Shown piece by piece: positions 51,857 through 64,000 of a stretch of 64,000 nucleotides of DNA. The number at the start of each line of letters is the position of its first letter. The first letter of the stretch is position 1. The notes beneath the pieces were generated by a model. The model had not been told where the DNA came from, ran no database searches, and worked only from the letters and a program-made list of their open reading frames with translations. Source of the DNA: Paraspadella gotoi (lineage: Eukaryota; Animalia; Chaetognatha); contig CM119263.1 of NCBI GenBank assembly GCA_051294375.1, forward strand, positions 26,266,758 through 26,330,757, written 5' to 3'. The translations under genes and the position numbers were made by a program.

Positions 51857-52427
51857 TATACTTGAAAGAACAACACAAGCGTTAAATAATAAAAGGTGAA
51901 ATAAAAAAAAGAAGACATCAAGACTTGAAGAAGATGTGTCTCTTTGCAAATTAATCACTCGAGCTTTAGCGAGCGCAAAAACGACTAAATTTGGTTTCAA
52001 ACAATAAGCGAAATTATCCAATGGACAGGCTATGGCGGGTTATTTTAACTTAATGGTTAGCCTTCATCATTCTTACAAAGATTTAATAAGATATTGAAAC
52101 CTTTCAAACTTCAAATCAAGACTCGCTCACACTCTAGTTTATTTAACTCCCTAATTTACTTGGCTATTCTAATCAAATTAGCTAGATAAAAGGACTCTCC
52201 CTTTAGTATAGAACGGAGAATACTATTATTGTAATGCGGGACTACCCATGCTAACCCTACTTAACTTAATTTCGTAGAATTTGTTCGTGTTTCGTTTCAG
52301 TTCGCGAAAAGCTTATGGCCCAATGATTTTATCGCGACGAATCTGGGATTCGAGAAAAAACTAATGTGAGAAAAAGGCCTTGGTCGCCGATAAAGTGTGA
52401 AATATTAGGTTTGGTCTGGAGGGGATA

Positions 52428-52460
<33 letters not shown>

Positions 52461-52583
52461 CTCTCTCTCGCTCTCATCGCTCTCTCGCTCTCTTCTCTAA
52501 GATACTGTGGACGCGTCCACGAATACCAATACAAATTAATTATAGTTCGAAAAGAGCGTCTTCTCTCTCTCTCTCCTCTCTCC

Positions 52584-52615
<32 letters not shown>

Positions 52616-54091
52616 TTATACTTCGCAAAAGAGCGTCTTCGCTTGATCAAGAAAAATTAATTAGTGGAAACTTTAACTTTCTTTCCGACGATAAGATCCA
52701 TAAACCGCAATACAAACCATACGTGAGATTGTAGTCGGGCAATGCCTAAGTTCACCCCGCCTAAAAGCATTTGCCTTCATTTGTCACCCCGTGGCTCATG
52801 AGTAAAGCCTTCAGCTCATAACAACAAAGTATCGTGGTTCAATTATTGTACTTGAGCAGCTATTAAGTAACTCTTGTGATATGCATCACACGTTAGACCC
52901 GAATCGTACCTGAGGGAGGCAGGTCCAGTGGAGTAACTTTATCCGGCGATAGAGGATACGCGACGCACTGATGAATGCGCTGACCGTAGACGGGATATAT
53001 GACTCCTTCGAGTACTGAGATCTAGAGGCAGATTGGATTATTATCCAGTGCGGTCTCTAAAGACCGCCGAAAAAAAAAAGAAAAGACAAAAAAAAAAAAA
53101 AAGGAAAAATAAAAGAAGAAACCAACAAGAGCGCACGAAGCTAAGTCCCAGAGTATGCGATTGGTATACTAGTGTATCGTATGGAAGTGTAGGGCCTAAA
53201 ATCATGTGACGGGCGTGAATGAAGTTTATGTGGAATGTGCAGCTCAAGAAGTGAGCGAAGGTTCCCGTGAACATGAACTAGATGAGCTCGTTAGTTAGAG
53301 GTCATATTCAGACGAAAAGAACGATGACATGACCAGTGAGTCTAGAAGACGACAGTGACTGGCGGACGCGACTGAGATGAGGACAAGCAGGCCGGCAGTT
53401 AGAAGCGAGGAAAAAAAAAAAAACAAAAAAAAACACCCCGCTGATATACGCGAGGATCTCGGCCGATAAGAGAAAAAAAACCACACGCCAGGGGGAAGGC
53501 TTTTATTCTGACGGTATACTTGAAAGAACAACACAAGGCGTTAAATAAATAAAAGGGTGATAATAAAAAGAAGACATCAAGACTTGAAGAAGATTAGTGT
53601 CTCTTTGCAAATTAATCACGTCGAGCTTTAAGGCGACGCAAAAACGACTAAATTTGGTTCAAACAATAAGGAAATTATCCAATGGACAGGCTATGGCGGG
53701 TTATTTTAAACTTAATGGTTAAGCCTTCATCATTCTTACAAGATTTAATAAGATATTGAAACCTTTCAAACTTCAAATCAAGACTCGCTCACACTCTAGT
53801 TTATTAACTCCCTAATTACTTGGCTATCTAATCAATTAGCTAGATAAAAGGACTCTCCCTTTAGTATTAGAACGGAGAATACTATTATTGTAATGCGGAC
53901 TACCATGCTAAACCCTACTCTAACCTTAATTTCGTAGAATTTGTTCGTGTTTCGTTTCAGTTCGCGAAAAGGCTTAATGGCCCCAATGCATTTTTATCGC
54001 GACGAATCTGGGATTCGAGAAAAAAACTAATGTGAGAAAAAGGCCTTGTCGCCGAGAAAGTGTGAAATATTAGAGTTTGGTCTGGAGGGGA

Positions 54092-54128
<37 letters not shown>

Positions 54129-54276
54129 AGAGAGAGAGAGGAGAGAGGAAGAGAGAGACGCTCTTTGCGAACTATAATTAATTTGTATTGGTATTGTGGA
54201 CGCGTCCACAGTATCTTAGAGAAGAGCGAGGACGAGAGAGCGCAGAGAGAGAGAAGAGCGAGAGAGCAGAGAGAGA

Positions 54277-54311
<35 letters not shown>

Positions 54312-55834
54312 AGGTATCCCCCCAGACCAAACACTAATATTTCACACTTTATCGGCGACCAAGGCCTTTTTCTCACATTAGTTTTTTCTCGAATCCCAGA
54401 TTCGTCGCGATAAAAATCATTGGGGCCATAAGCCTTTTCGCGAACTGAAACGAAACACGAACAAATTCTACGAAATTAGGTTAAGTAGGGTTTAGCATGG
54501 TAGTCCGCATTACAATAATAGTATTCCTCCGTTCTATACTAAAGGGAGAGTCCCTTTTATCTAGCTAATTGATTAGATAGGCCAAGTAAATTAGGGAGTT
54601 AAATAAACTAGAGTGTGAGCGAGTCTTGATTTGAAGTTGAAAGGTTTCAATATCTTATTAAATCTTGTAAGAATGATGAAGGCTTAACCATTAAGTTAAA
54701 ATAACCCGCCATAGCCTGTCCATTGGATAATTTCGCTTATTGTTTGAACCAAATTTAGTCGTTTTTTGCGTCGGCCTNNNNNNNNNNNNNNNNNNNNNNN
54801 NNGGTTTTTTTTCTCTTATCGGCCGAGATCCTCGCGTATATCAGCGGGGTGTTTTTTTTTGTTTTTTTTTTTTTCCTCGCTTCTAACTGCCGGCCTGCTT
54901 GTCCTCATCTCAGTCGCGTCCGCCAGTCACTGTCGTCTTCTAGACTCACTGGTCATGTCATCGTTCTTTTCGTCTGAATATGACCTCTAACTAACGAGCT
55001 CATCTAGTTCATGTTCACGGGAACCTTCGCTCACTTCTTGAGCTGCACATTCCACATAAACTTCATTCACGCCCGTCACATGATTTTAGGCCCTACACTT
55101 CCATACGATACACTAGTATACCAATCGCATACTCTGGGACTTAGCTTCGTGCGCTCTTGTTGGTTTCTTCTTTTATTTTTCCTTTTTTTTTTTTTTTGTC
55201 TTTTCTTTTTTTTTTCGGCGGTCTTTAGAGACCGCACTGGATAATAATCCAATCTGCCTCTAGATCTCAGTACTCGAAGGAGTCATATATCCCGTCTACG
55301 GTCAGCGCATTCATCAGTGCGTCGCGTATCCTCTATCGCCGGATAAAGTTACTCCACTGGACCTGCCTCCCTCAGGTACGATTCGGGTCTAACGTGTGAT
55401 GCATATCACAAGAGTTACTTAATAGCTGCTCAAGTACAATAATTGAACCACCGATACTTTGTTGTTATGAGCTGAAGGCTTTACTCAATGAGCCACGGGG
55501 TGACAAATGAAGGCAAATGCTTTTAGCGGGGTGAACTTAGGCATGTGCCCCGACTACAATCTCACGTATGGTTTTGTATTGCGGTTTATGGATCTATCGT
55601 CGAAAAAAGTTTAAAGTTCCACTAATTAATTTTTCGTTGATCAAGCGAAGACGCTCTTTTGCGAAGTATAAGGAGAGAGAGAAGAGAGGAGGAAGAGAGA
55701 GAGAGGAGAGAGAGGGAGGAGAGGAGAGAGAGAGAGAAGACGCTCTTTTGCGAACTATAATTAATTTGTATTGGTATTCGTGGACGCGTCCACAGTATCT
55801 TAGAAGAGAGAGGAGAGCGAGAGAGCGATGAGAG

Positions 55835-55868
<34 letters not shown>

Positions 55869-56097
55869 TTATACTTCGCAAAAGAGCGTCTTCGCTTGAT
55901 CAAGAAAAATTAATTAGTGGAAACTTTAACTTTCTTTCGACGATAAGATCCATAAACCGCAATACAAAACCATACGTGAGATTGTAGTCGGGCAATGCCT
56001 AAGTTCACCCCGCCTAAAAGCATTTGACCTTCATTTGTCACCCCGTGGCTCATTGAGTAAAGCCTTCAGCTCATAACAACAAAGTATCGTGGTTCAA
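51826..56097. repeat. About 1.65-kb unit in tandem and inverted copies (large palindrome centred near 54130)
   Basis: Unit 51826-53480 restarts at 53481; 54150-55830 is the reverse complement of the array; orientation flips again near 55835. The ORF track shows identical peptides on opposite strands. Confidence 0.9.
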
Positions 56098-57915
56098 TCC
56101 CAACATGTTACCTACTTGGGATGGCTTTAAACCTCTTTGGGGGCGTCGAAAAACCCTCAAGCCTGTTTCCAAGTTCAGGACCCTGTTCCATGGCTGCTTT
56201 GAACGTTTACAGTACTTGCCCACTTAGCGCCCTATCCACATGATAATGATCTTCACTAAAGCGTGAATTTAAATCTTTTTGTTTCTTTTTTTTTTCTCGA
56301 TGCAATGACATTTGCTTATCAGATCAGGATGTTTCTTATATATTTTTTTATTCATTCGATTTGTCCAAGAAAAACATTCACAGCCAAAGTACGCGCCTTC
56401 ACTAATGGCTTATCGCCTTCATAAACATTCCCGGAGAAACGTCATCAGGGGTCAGGGAAAGTTATTACAGCAGGAAACCTATATTATACAAAAAGCGTGA
56501 TGAAAATGGCAGTTAACTAAGTTTAAAAACTAATAAAATATGAATATTTTACAACGTTAAAGTTTATAAATTCATTTTATAATTGTTTTTAATGTCTTGT
56601 GATCATGTACAAAGATAAATACTGCGTCCCCCGTTTTCAATTGAATCAAGAACAACTTTTTATTTTATACATTATTTCTTCAGATTAAGGTCCGGGATCA
56701 CTCAATTCAAATTATAATTAGGCTAAAACTGAGCTCGGATTTCGAAAGGAGAGCTCCTGACGATCCGAAAATGTATTCACTTTACTATTTTTTCAAGACG
56801 TCATCGTTTTTTCGATTTTTTTGTTACTATTAAATAAAAGAAACCTATTTGAAGAGTTGCAGCCAAACGGTTAAGGCGGTTTCTCATGAAATATGGATGA
56901 ATACCTTTAGGTCACGACCTCTAATTCTATGAAAAGATACTTTTCAAAATTTGTCTTTCCTTCATAGAAATTTGATTATTTTTAATCATTTTAGGATTAG
57001 TTCCTTGATATTTTTGAAACGAAAAACATTTTTTCAAAAACGGCCGCTCATAGAATCTCCCCCCCACCTTCTTTCTTGCCCAAGATATTTTTTTCCTCAA
57101 GAAAAGTGTTCATGGTTTGAGCTGCAACTCTTCGTTTAACTTCATTCGTCAAGAAAGTTAAATTCCTGTACTCCATTAAACTCATTAGACATTTAAATAA
57201 GTATAAAGTCAAATTGAAATAAATTCGATAAATTTTTTAACTCAAAAACTCATAAAAGTATAAAACCCGTCTGGAAAATGTGTAGATAGTTTTATTTTAG
57301 ACTTATAAGTGATACAACTCCAAAGTATGTACTGTAGCAAAAAGAAGACATTAAAATAAGAAGTAGAATTGAGCTTACTGTAAAGAATCAGTTTTAAGTT
57401 AAAATTAGCTTGTAGAAATTTAGCTACATATAAAAAAATTTTTCTCTGAAAATCTAGTTTTACCGAAGAAAAAAAATTTGTTTAAAACTATTTTATAAAA
57501 CTTTTATGTAATATTTACTTAAAAGTTTTCGATTCATTTTTAAATGTTAATTAACCTTCTGTACAGACAATAGAAAACTCGCATCCGTTTTCATTTGAAT
57601 ACAGTACAACTTGTATTTCTACATTATTTTTAGGACTGGCTTAAATAAATGTAGGATAAAAAAAAAGAATCCGATCTTCTTTCGAAAATAAAAACGGGAA
57701 ATAAATCGTAAACTCCATTTCCAGGAAAATGTGGCGCCATATTTTATCATTTTTCGTCTGCGTCTCGATTGCATCCGCAAATATACACGTGACGACGAAC
57801 ACGGGAAACGAAGGTCGAGAGCATGTTGTATAGAAATTGAAGGCGGGGTCGAAACATACATTTATCAGTCTCGTAAGTACATAATTTTCAACAACAATCC
57901 CTCAGTTGTCTACAG

Positions 57916-58335
57916 CGAGCTCAATCCCGCGACTACACGACGTCCCCGGCCGGGCCCGGCGCCTCCTCTATCCTATCGCCCGATTTCGACGCTTCGAAGC
58001 CTTCGGCCCGGGAAAAGTCCATTGGAGCAGCGGGCAGTTGTTCAGACGGAACGGGCGGGCTGATTTACGGCTTCCGCCAACATGATCTGGTACAACTTCA
58101 ACCGGATATTCGACCTACGGGGTGACGTTTCACCCGCAGCCTTGAACGACTGCGAGGATTACGGATACTGCGTCCAAGGATTGGGAATTCGTCGGCAGCA
58201 CCGCCACTCCCTGCAATGACAAATCTCCTGGGCAACGCTTTGCCACGTGAGTGACGGGACATTTAAAAGGTGAGGCTGTGTGGGATGGAAGAAGAGGACT
58301 GATTTTGAGAGAGAGAGAGAGAGAAGAGAGAGAGC

Positions 58336-58400
<65 letters not shown>

Positions 58401-58796
58401 GAACTCTATCTAAAGAATTCTCTGAAATAAATATATAATATCTATATATATCTATAAAGCATTACATAGCATATTAACTATTTCTAAAAAAAATTTTTTT
58501 ACAATTTTCAGTCCGAACTGGAAACTTAGATCTTTGCCGACCATTGAGAGAAAAACGAAAACGAAACGAAACGAAACGAAACGAAACGAAAATCCCTCAA
58601 AAATGCTTTCGTCTAACCGCCTCATTCCTCTCTCTCTCTCTCTCTCTCACCTCCCCGCAGCCCCTCCGAGATTCAAGGCTGTTTCGTGGATACCACAGCC
58701 CAGTACAAGTGCCTCGGGGTCAGGGTCTTCGCCTCCTTCTTCCCGGATTACGCTACCGTCTCCATTTCCGGTCTCAAGTTTTACGAGAGAGAGTAG
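57916..58796 (+). CDS. F5/8 type C (discoidin/galactose-binding-like) domain protein, last two exons, frameshifted
   Basis: Exons 57916-58246 and 58661-58796. Across frame jumps: ASSILSPDFDA, AFGPGKVHWSSG, MIWYNF, KDWEFVGS, YKCLGVRV, VSISGLKFYERE*. Confidence 0.55.
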
Positions 58797-60419
58797 AAGA
58801 GGAAGGTGGGCGTGGCTTTATGATTGGAGTGGGAAGAGTGGGGCTGGGGTCGAGTTGGGCAGGAAAGGGACATTATTGAAAAGGTAACGACTAGTGGCTA
58901 ACCTTAAAGATGAAACGTTTGACGTCGATGTGTAAAACAAAGCGACTTTTTACAGACAATATTTATAATTTCATATCACAAAAAAAAAATATGTACGACG
59001 TACGCTTTCGACCGAAATGGAATAAAAATTTAACATTGAACATTGCACATTAAATTACCTAATGTTAAGTTCTTATGAAAATTTGCAAATTACTTGTTTC
59101 ACTATTTTCTATTTTTCTAATTAATATTTTAATATTTTTATGAAGGATTTAGTATTTAATCTATATTATTTAATCAAACATATATTGCTTTCTTTTTTTA
59201 AAAAATGTTTTATTTATATAATAATTCAATTTGGGAAGGGGAAGTCAGTGTTGTCTTCTGGAAATAGAGGGAGCATCTATACAACACAAGGTTATATAAT
59301 AGCTAGAGGTAAAAGTAGTAGCTCGTACGGTCAGAGCGACCGACCCGGAAAAAAACCGTGACTGGCAGGTTAAACTACGTGAGTTAGCAAAGGAACTTTG
59401 CAGAGGAATTTGTCAAGGAAATTGATAGCTTATTAAAGATTAATAATTAATTAGCTTGGGGAAAGAGTCCCCAAGAGTTGAGAAAAAAATAGTTCTGCTG
59501 AACTGGTAGTTCATCGCTTCCTGCTCCTTTAACATCACCATCATGATCAACATGAAAGAAATCGACTTCGTCTTTCGATCGTCTCGTTCTTAAGTTCGGA
59601 TTAAGTTGATTAACTCTTCATTCATGCCTCTTCGTCTTTATCCTCTTTCATCGGAATTTCATGAACCTCATGAGTTATGATCCTCGCTTGAACTCTCGAC
59701 CTCCCTGGGTTCCGCCCTTGTTTTTGAATAATGCATTTTAACGAAATTCTTAGTATAGTCTTTTGTCATGATTTTATTCACATACGCGTTGAAATAAATT
59801 GATTATTGACTGAAGAGTTTTTTTTTAAAGAATATTTTCAGATATTATAAAATGTATAATTTTAAATGAAAAAAAAATTAGAATAAGTAACAAAATACTT
59901 TCTTTTGAAATTTAAATGCAATAGATTTCAAGAAACGGGGTGGGTAGCTTTGGAGGATGACATATTTGAAACAACCCGAGGGGAAACAAAATCATAAAAA
60001 TGCGATGAAAAAAGCGCAAAGAATTGTGGCAGAGACACGTACATAAAGAGAGAGAGGAAAGTCTATTTTCTGTTATATTCTGATCCTTTGTGAGGGAAAA
60101 CCGCTGCTACGTGTTTCTATTATTGTCCCGGATTTTTAATTTTTTGGATTTATTTTTATTTTTTCAACTACAAGATTAGTGAACAACGATTGACAATATA
60201 TGATATATGATATGGAAAATAGATTTCTAATTCTCATTTGTGTTAGTTAGTAACTAGTTACAAACTACAATCAATTCGAAATACTCGTGTCTATCATGTC
60301 AAAGAGAATAAAAAGACAAACAAGTATAAAAAAAAATTGGAAGGACCGCCGGTTGATCAATGACCACTGGCCGCACTCTCATCTTGTCAATCGAATTTTT
60401 AATATCGTCTTAATATCGT

Positions 60420-60878
60420 CTTTTAGCCAGATCTGCTCATCGCAGATTCCGACTCTATGAGTCACTTCGTCGGTCTGTCGTCGCCGCCCTCATAGTTTGG
60501 TCGTCAGTTATTTAAATCATCTTTAGAATATTAAATTATGAATAATTAAGCAAAAAAAAATATATGCGTCCGTACATCCCCCTTTAGCTTTAAACATCAA
60601 TAAGGGGGATGGACTATTGAATTGAAATTCTGTGTGTGTATTAAAAAGTGACGTGTAAACTAGAATTAAAAAGTTTTGACGGAATCGTTTAAGTGGAACT
60701 AAGTTTAAAAAGTAAAAACAAAAGATATGTTATACTATTTTGATTTCAATTTTTTTCTTTTATATTAAAATTAATATAAATTGTAATAATTAATTAATTA
60801 ATCAATTAATTATCTGATTAATTGCTTACCGCTAAATTATCGTGAGCAGATCTGGCATTGTTTTTCTCAAACTTGTTT
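60420..60878 (+). mobile_element. Diverged HINE family A copy
   Basis: subTIRs GCCAGATCTGC...GCAGATCTGGC (compensatory relative to 11551); 3' end CTCAAACTTGTT. Confidence 0.7.
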
Positions 60879-61696
60879 TAATGGATTCAGATAAATCTTG
60901 TTTATTTTGCTCTTCGTTTCAATTACCTCATTACTAATGGCATTAGGGACAAACGATTGAAAATGGAAAAGAAGCGAATATTTATTTAACTAGAAAAAAA
61001 TGTATGTTTCCCATCATTTATTCCCGTTAACTAAAAAAAGTCATCGATAAAGCGATCTTGATAAACGACGCGTGACCAAAAAAAACAAACATTTTTTAAC
61101 AAAATTAAAATTAAAAATAAAATTTAAGAATGAATTTTATTTTTCAGTTTGACGGATGAGGTTTCTCATTTAGGTGGCGCATACTTGTTATGGTGGCGGT
61201 GGTGTCCTAAAATTGGTAGTCGGAGACGGTAACAGTTTTGGTGGTGGCACCCTTGGTAATATAGATGTGTCGTTTTCCAGTGGGGAAGGTGGTGAGGAAA
61301 AACCAAAGACGATAAATCTCAGAAGCTCTAACACAACGACGCACGCGTCGACGCAAAAATTCCTCGAGGAGAAAAAAAAAACGTTTGTTTTTCGCTCGTA
61401 AACATTTTCGAAGAAAATAGGGAATTCGACGCAGACTTCAAAATGGCGGCATATTCATTCGCGGGGGCTGAAGTCGGCAGTGGGCGTGGCACGTGTAAAG
61501 AAGCCGAGTGACGAATGGCACAAGGTGAGGATGTGGTGAATGAAACAATTTTGAAAATCAGATCACTCAATTGTCATTCTTTGTTATAGTATAGTATAGT
61601 TATTTAATTTCCTTCCTTTTTCCTGGCGTTTTGGAAATCGGATACAAGTTTTTTATTTTAACAAATAACGATATAATTGTTTAACGAATCTTCATC

Positions 61697-61738
61697 TGCG
61701 CTGATGAAGACACGAAACAGAGTCGAAACATGTCCATT
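61697..61738 (+). ncRNA. Minimal type I hammerhead (weak stem I)
   Basis: CTGATGA-A-GAC[10 nt]GTC-GAAACATGTC, flanked by inverted repeats 61650-61680 and 61735-61763. Confidence 0.6.
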
Positions 61739-62023
61739 ATATCGTTGTTTGTTAAAATAAAAAATTCTCTGCTTTGTGCAGGGTGAAGAGCAAATACGCT
61801 AAATAATGTAAATTAAAAAAAAAACAGCATGCGGCGGCGATGATGATATGGCTGACCCTCAGTGCCTCACGCGTCTGCAAACAATTAGCTGCAAAAAAAA
61901 AAAAAAAAAGCAGTGGATACGATTGAAAGAACGAAATTACCCATTTATCATTGATAATTGCCAAGCCGTAACAGATTTCCGAAATGATTTTCTCTCTCTC
62001 TCTCTCTCTCTCTCTCCTCTCTC

Positions 62024-62095
<72 letters not shown>

Positions 62096-62521
62096 GTTTT
62101 GACTTTCTAATTTTTCCCTTTTCTTTTCTGTTTATTTTTTTGTGCCGTTCTCTTTGTTTTTTATTCCGTCACTATGTCACTTCCTCTTCCTTCTTTTGCG
62201 TTATCTTTTCTCTTCCGAAAATAAAAATATTTACAAGGTCGGGAAGAAAAAGTTAAAAGAAAGAGAGATAAAAGGTAAAACAATTTTTTAACTGGTTCTT
62301 TTGAGAGGAGGAATACCGTGTTGCTGCAGAAAACAAATTTTGCCACCTCCCCTTAGCTCTGGTCCTGACAGAAACCTTTGATGTTTTTATCATTCCAGAA
62401 ATGGTAATATATTTCGATTTTTTTTTCTCCTATCAAAAAAGAACCGAGTAAAGCAATAAAACAATAAAACCTTTTCAACAACCAACTTTTCTCGCTCCCC
62501 ACCCCTCTCACCCCCAATCAG

Positions 62522-63290
62522 GCGCCGACTTTCACGACCGCCCTCAACTCCGCCTTCGCACAGCCTACGTTCCACGCGCCCTCGACGGATCCTTCATGCA
62601 GCGGCCTTTCGCCGAAGAGGCCCGCCAAAGGGCGGAGCTCCGAAGGCTGCAGCTGCGGCTGCAGGAGCTGGAAGAAGGTCCGAAGACGCGACGGCAGCAG
62701 CGGAGTCGGGAAGAGGCGGCAGCGAGATGGGACGATCGACGGAAAGCGGAGTCGCCCGTCGATTCGGACGACGAGACTGTGAAAAGTCGCGAAGAAGAGT
62801 TGGACGAAGAAGAGGAGGATTCGATGGAGGATGAGGAAGGGTGGCGTCGAATTGACGAAGGAGTTGACGAAATCGACCGTGGGAGCGACGGCGTGGACTT
62901 TAGCGTCATTAGTGAACCTTTAGGTCGACCGAAGTCAAATTCTGTGACGTCTCGTATCGAAACATCCGATAGGCGAAATCACGTGACGATTCAAGGACCG
63001 CTGAGTCGATATTACGGAATCGAGTCGGGAGACTGGGAAAGACGACAAGCCTTTCATCCGGCAGCCAATCTTAACAATAATCGGGACCAATATTTTCCGG
63101 TGGCGAAACCCGGCCGCGGGGACGACCATTCCTCTCAACGGGCCGCCAGTTGGGACACGAGTCGGGTCGCCCCGGAGCGGTCATCGTGTCAAGTTCACGG
63201 GGTCACTCGGGGTCACTTGCCGACGACGGTAGAACCCCAAAATCGTTCGGTACCACAAGTAACGGCTCCGCAAAGGGCATCGGCTCCGCG

Positions 63291-63326
<36 letters not shown>

Positions 63327-63630
63327 TTCTACCGAACTCGATAAAAACGGGAGAAGAAACGCAACTCGGTACAAAGACGACGACAACAACGACGAAAACG
63401 ACGACAACAAAGGAGAAAAGGCTAAACTCGATTTTGACGCGACCTCAAACGACCGCGGACGCCGAAAACGCCACGAGGGGCGTGGCGATCACGTTACGGC
63501 GTCGGAAAAGACGACGACGACCGCGAAAACGTCGAGGGAGGAAAAAATTCGCAACAACCTTAAAGGAAAGGGGAGGAAGTCGTTGAAGACCGGCTCCCAA
63601 ACCGCAGCTGAGGAATTAGAGAACAAAAAG
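62522..63630 (+). CDS. Large internal exon of an unidentified charged, low-complexity protein (coiled-coil and acidic segments)
   Basis: Acceptor AATCAG at 62521, donor AAG|GTAATG at 63630, open GC-rich frame of about 370 codons. A possible first exon at 61443-61524 needs one frameshift. Confidence 0.7.
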
Positions 63631-63730
63631 GTAATGGGTTGGGAAGTAAGGAATTAAGGGAATTAAGGGGATGAGGAGGGTTGGTTGGGGTCTAAGGAGA
63701 AAGGGAAAATGGGGGAATGTATCCCCTGTT

Positions 63731-63789
<59 letters not shown>

Positions 63790-63804
63790 TAGAAGAGAGA
63801 GAGT

Positions 63805-63894
<90 letters not shown>

Positions 63895-64000
63895 AGAGAA
63901 CGGGGCGGGAGTCATCGGGAAAATGGCCGGAATTGGTCTCCCAATCGTCGACGTAAAACGAAAAATGACCCTGACCAAGAAATCGTTAACATATGCGGAC

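Noticed and set aside
52968-53018. CTGATGA...CTGA as a hammerhead or C/D snoRNA
   Set aside because: No GAAA box, no terminal stem and no recognisable guide.
55484-55520. Twister-like start (CAATGAGCCACGGGGTG) in the array unit
   Set aside because: No P4/L4 TNNNAAGC and no T1 partner.
58125-58147. Single in-frame TGA near 58124 in the 57916 exon as selenocysteine or readthrough
   Set aside because: Domain motifs lie in different frames, so frameshifts explain the region better.

Overview
AT-rich, intron-rich animal (probably protostome invertebrate) genomic DNA with many (GA/CT)n and (AAAG)n microsatellites, four N-gaps and signs of indel errors. Three genes could be spliced by eye: an alpha-arrestin (+, 3099-7643) with a long 30-bp-repeat tail, a ZnT/SLC30 zinc transporter (-, 12845-16419), and a sex-peptide/MIP-receptor-like GPCR (+, 17737-41579) with two GC-AG introns and no TM4 exon that I could find. 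There is also a frameshifted F5/8-type-C/discoidin-like gene and partial genes at both window edges. Introns and intergenic DNA carry hAT MITEs with 8-bp TSDs (one holding a nested 3.1-kb foldback), Helentron/DINE-like elements and Tc1/mariner-type MITEs. The main discovery is a short non-coding interspersed repeat, six copies in two subfamilies, whose core folds as a type-P5 twister ribozyme with covarying pseudoknot bases; two copies lie in tandem 330 nt apart, like a retrozyme. Penelope-type minimal hammerhead ribozymes also occur in inverted-repeat cassettes. All calls are by eye, without database searches.
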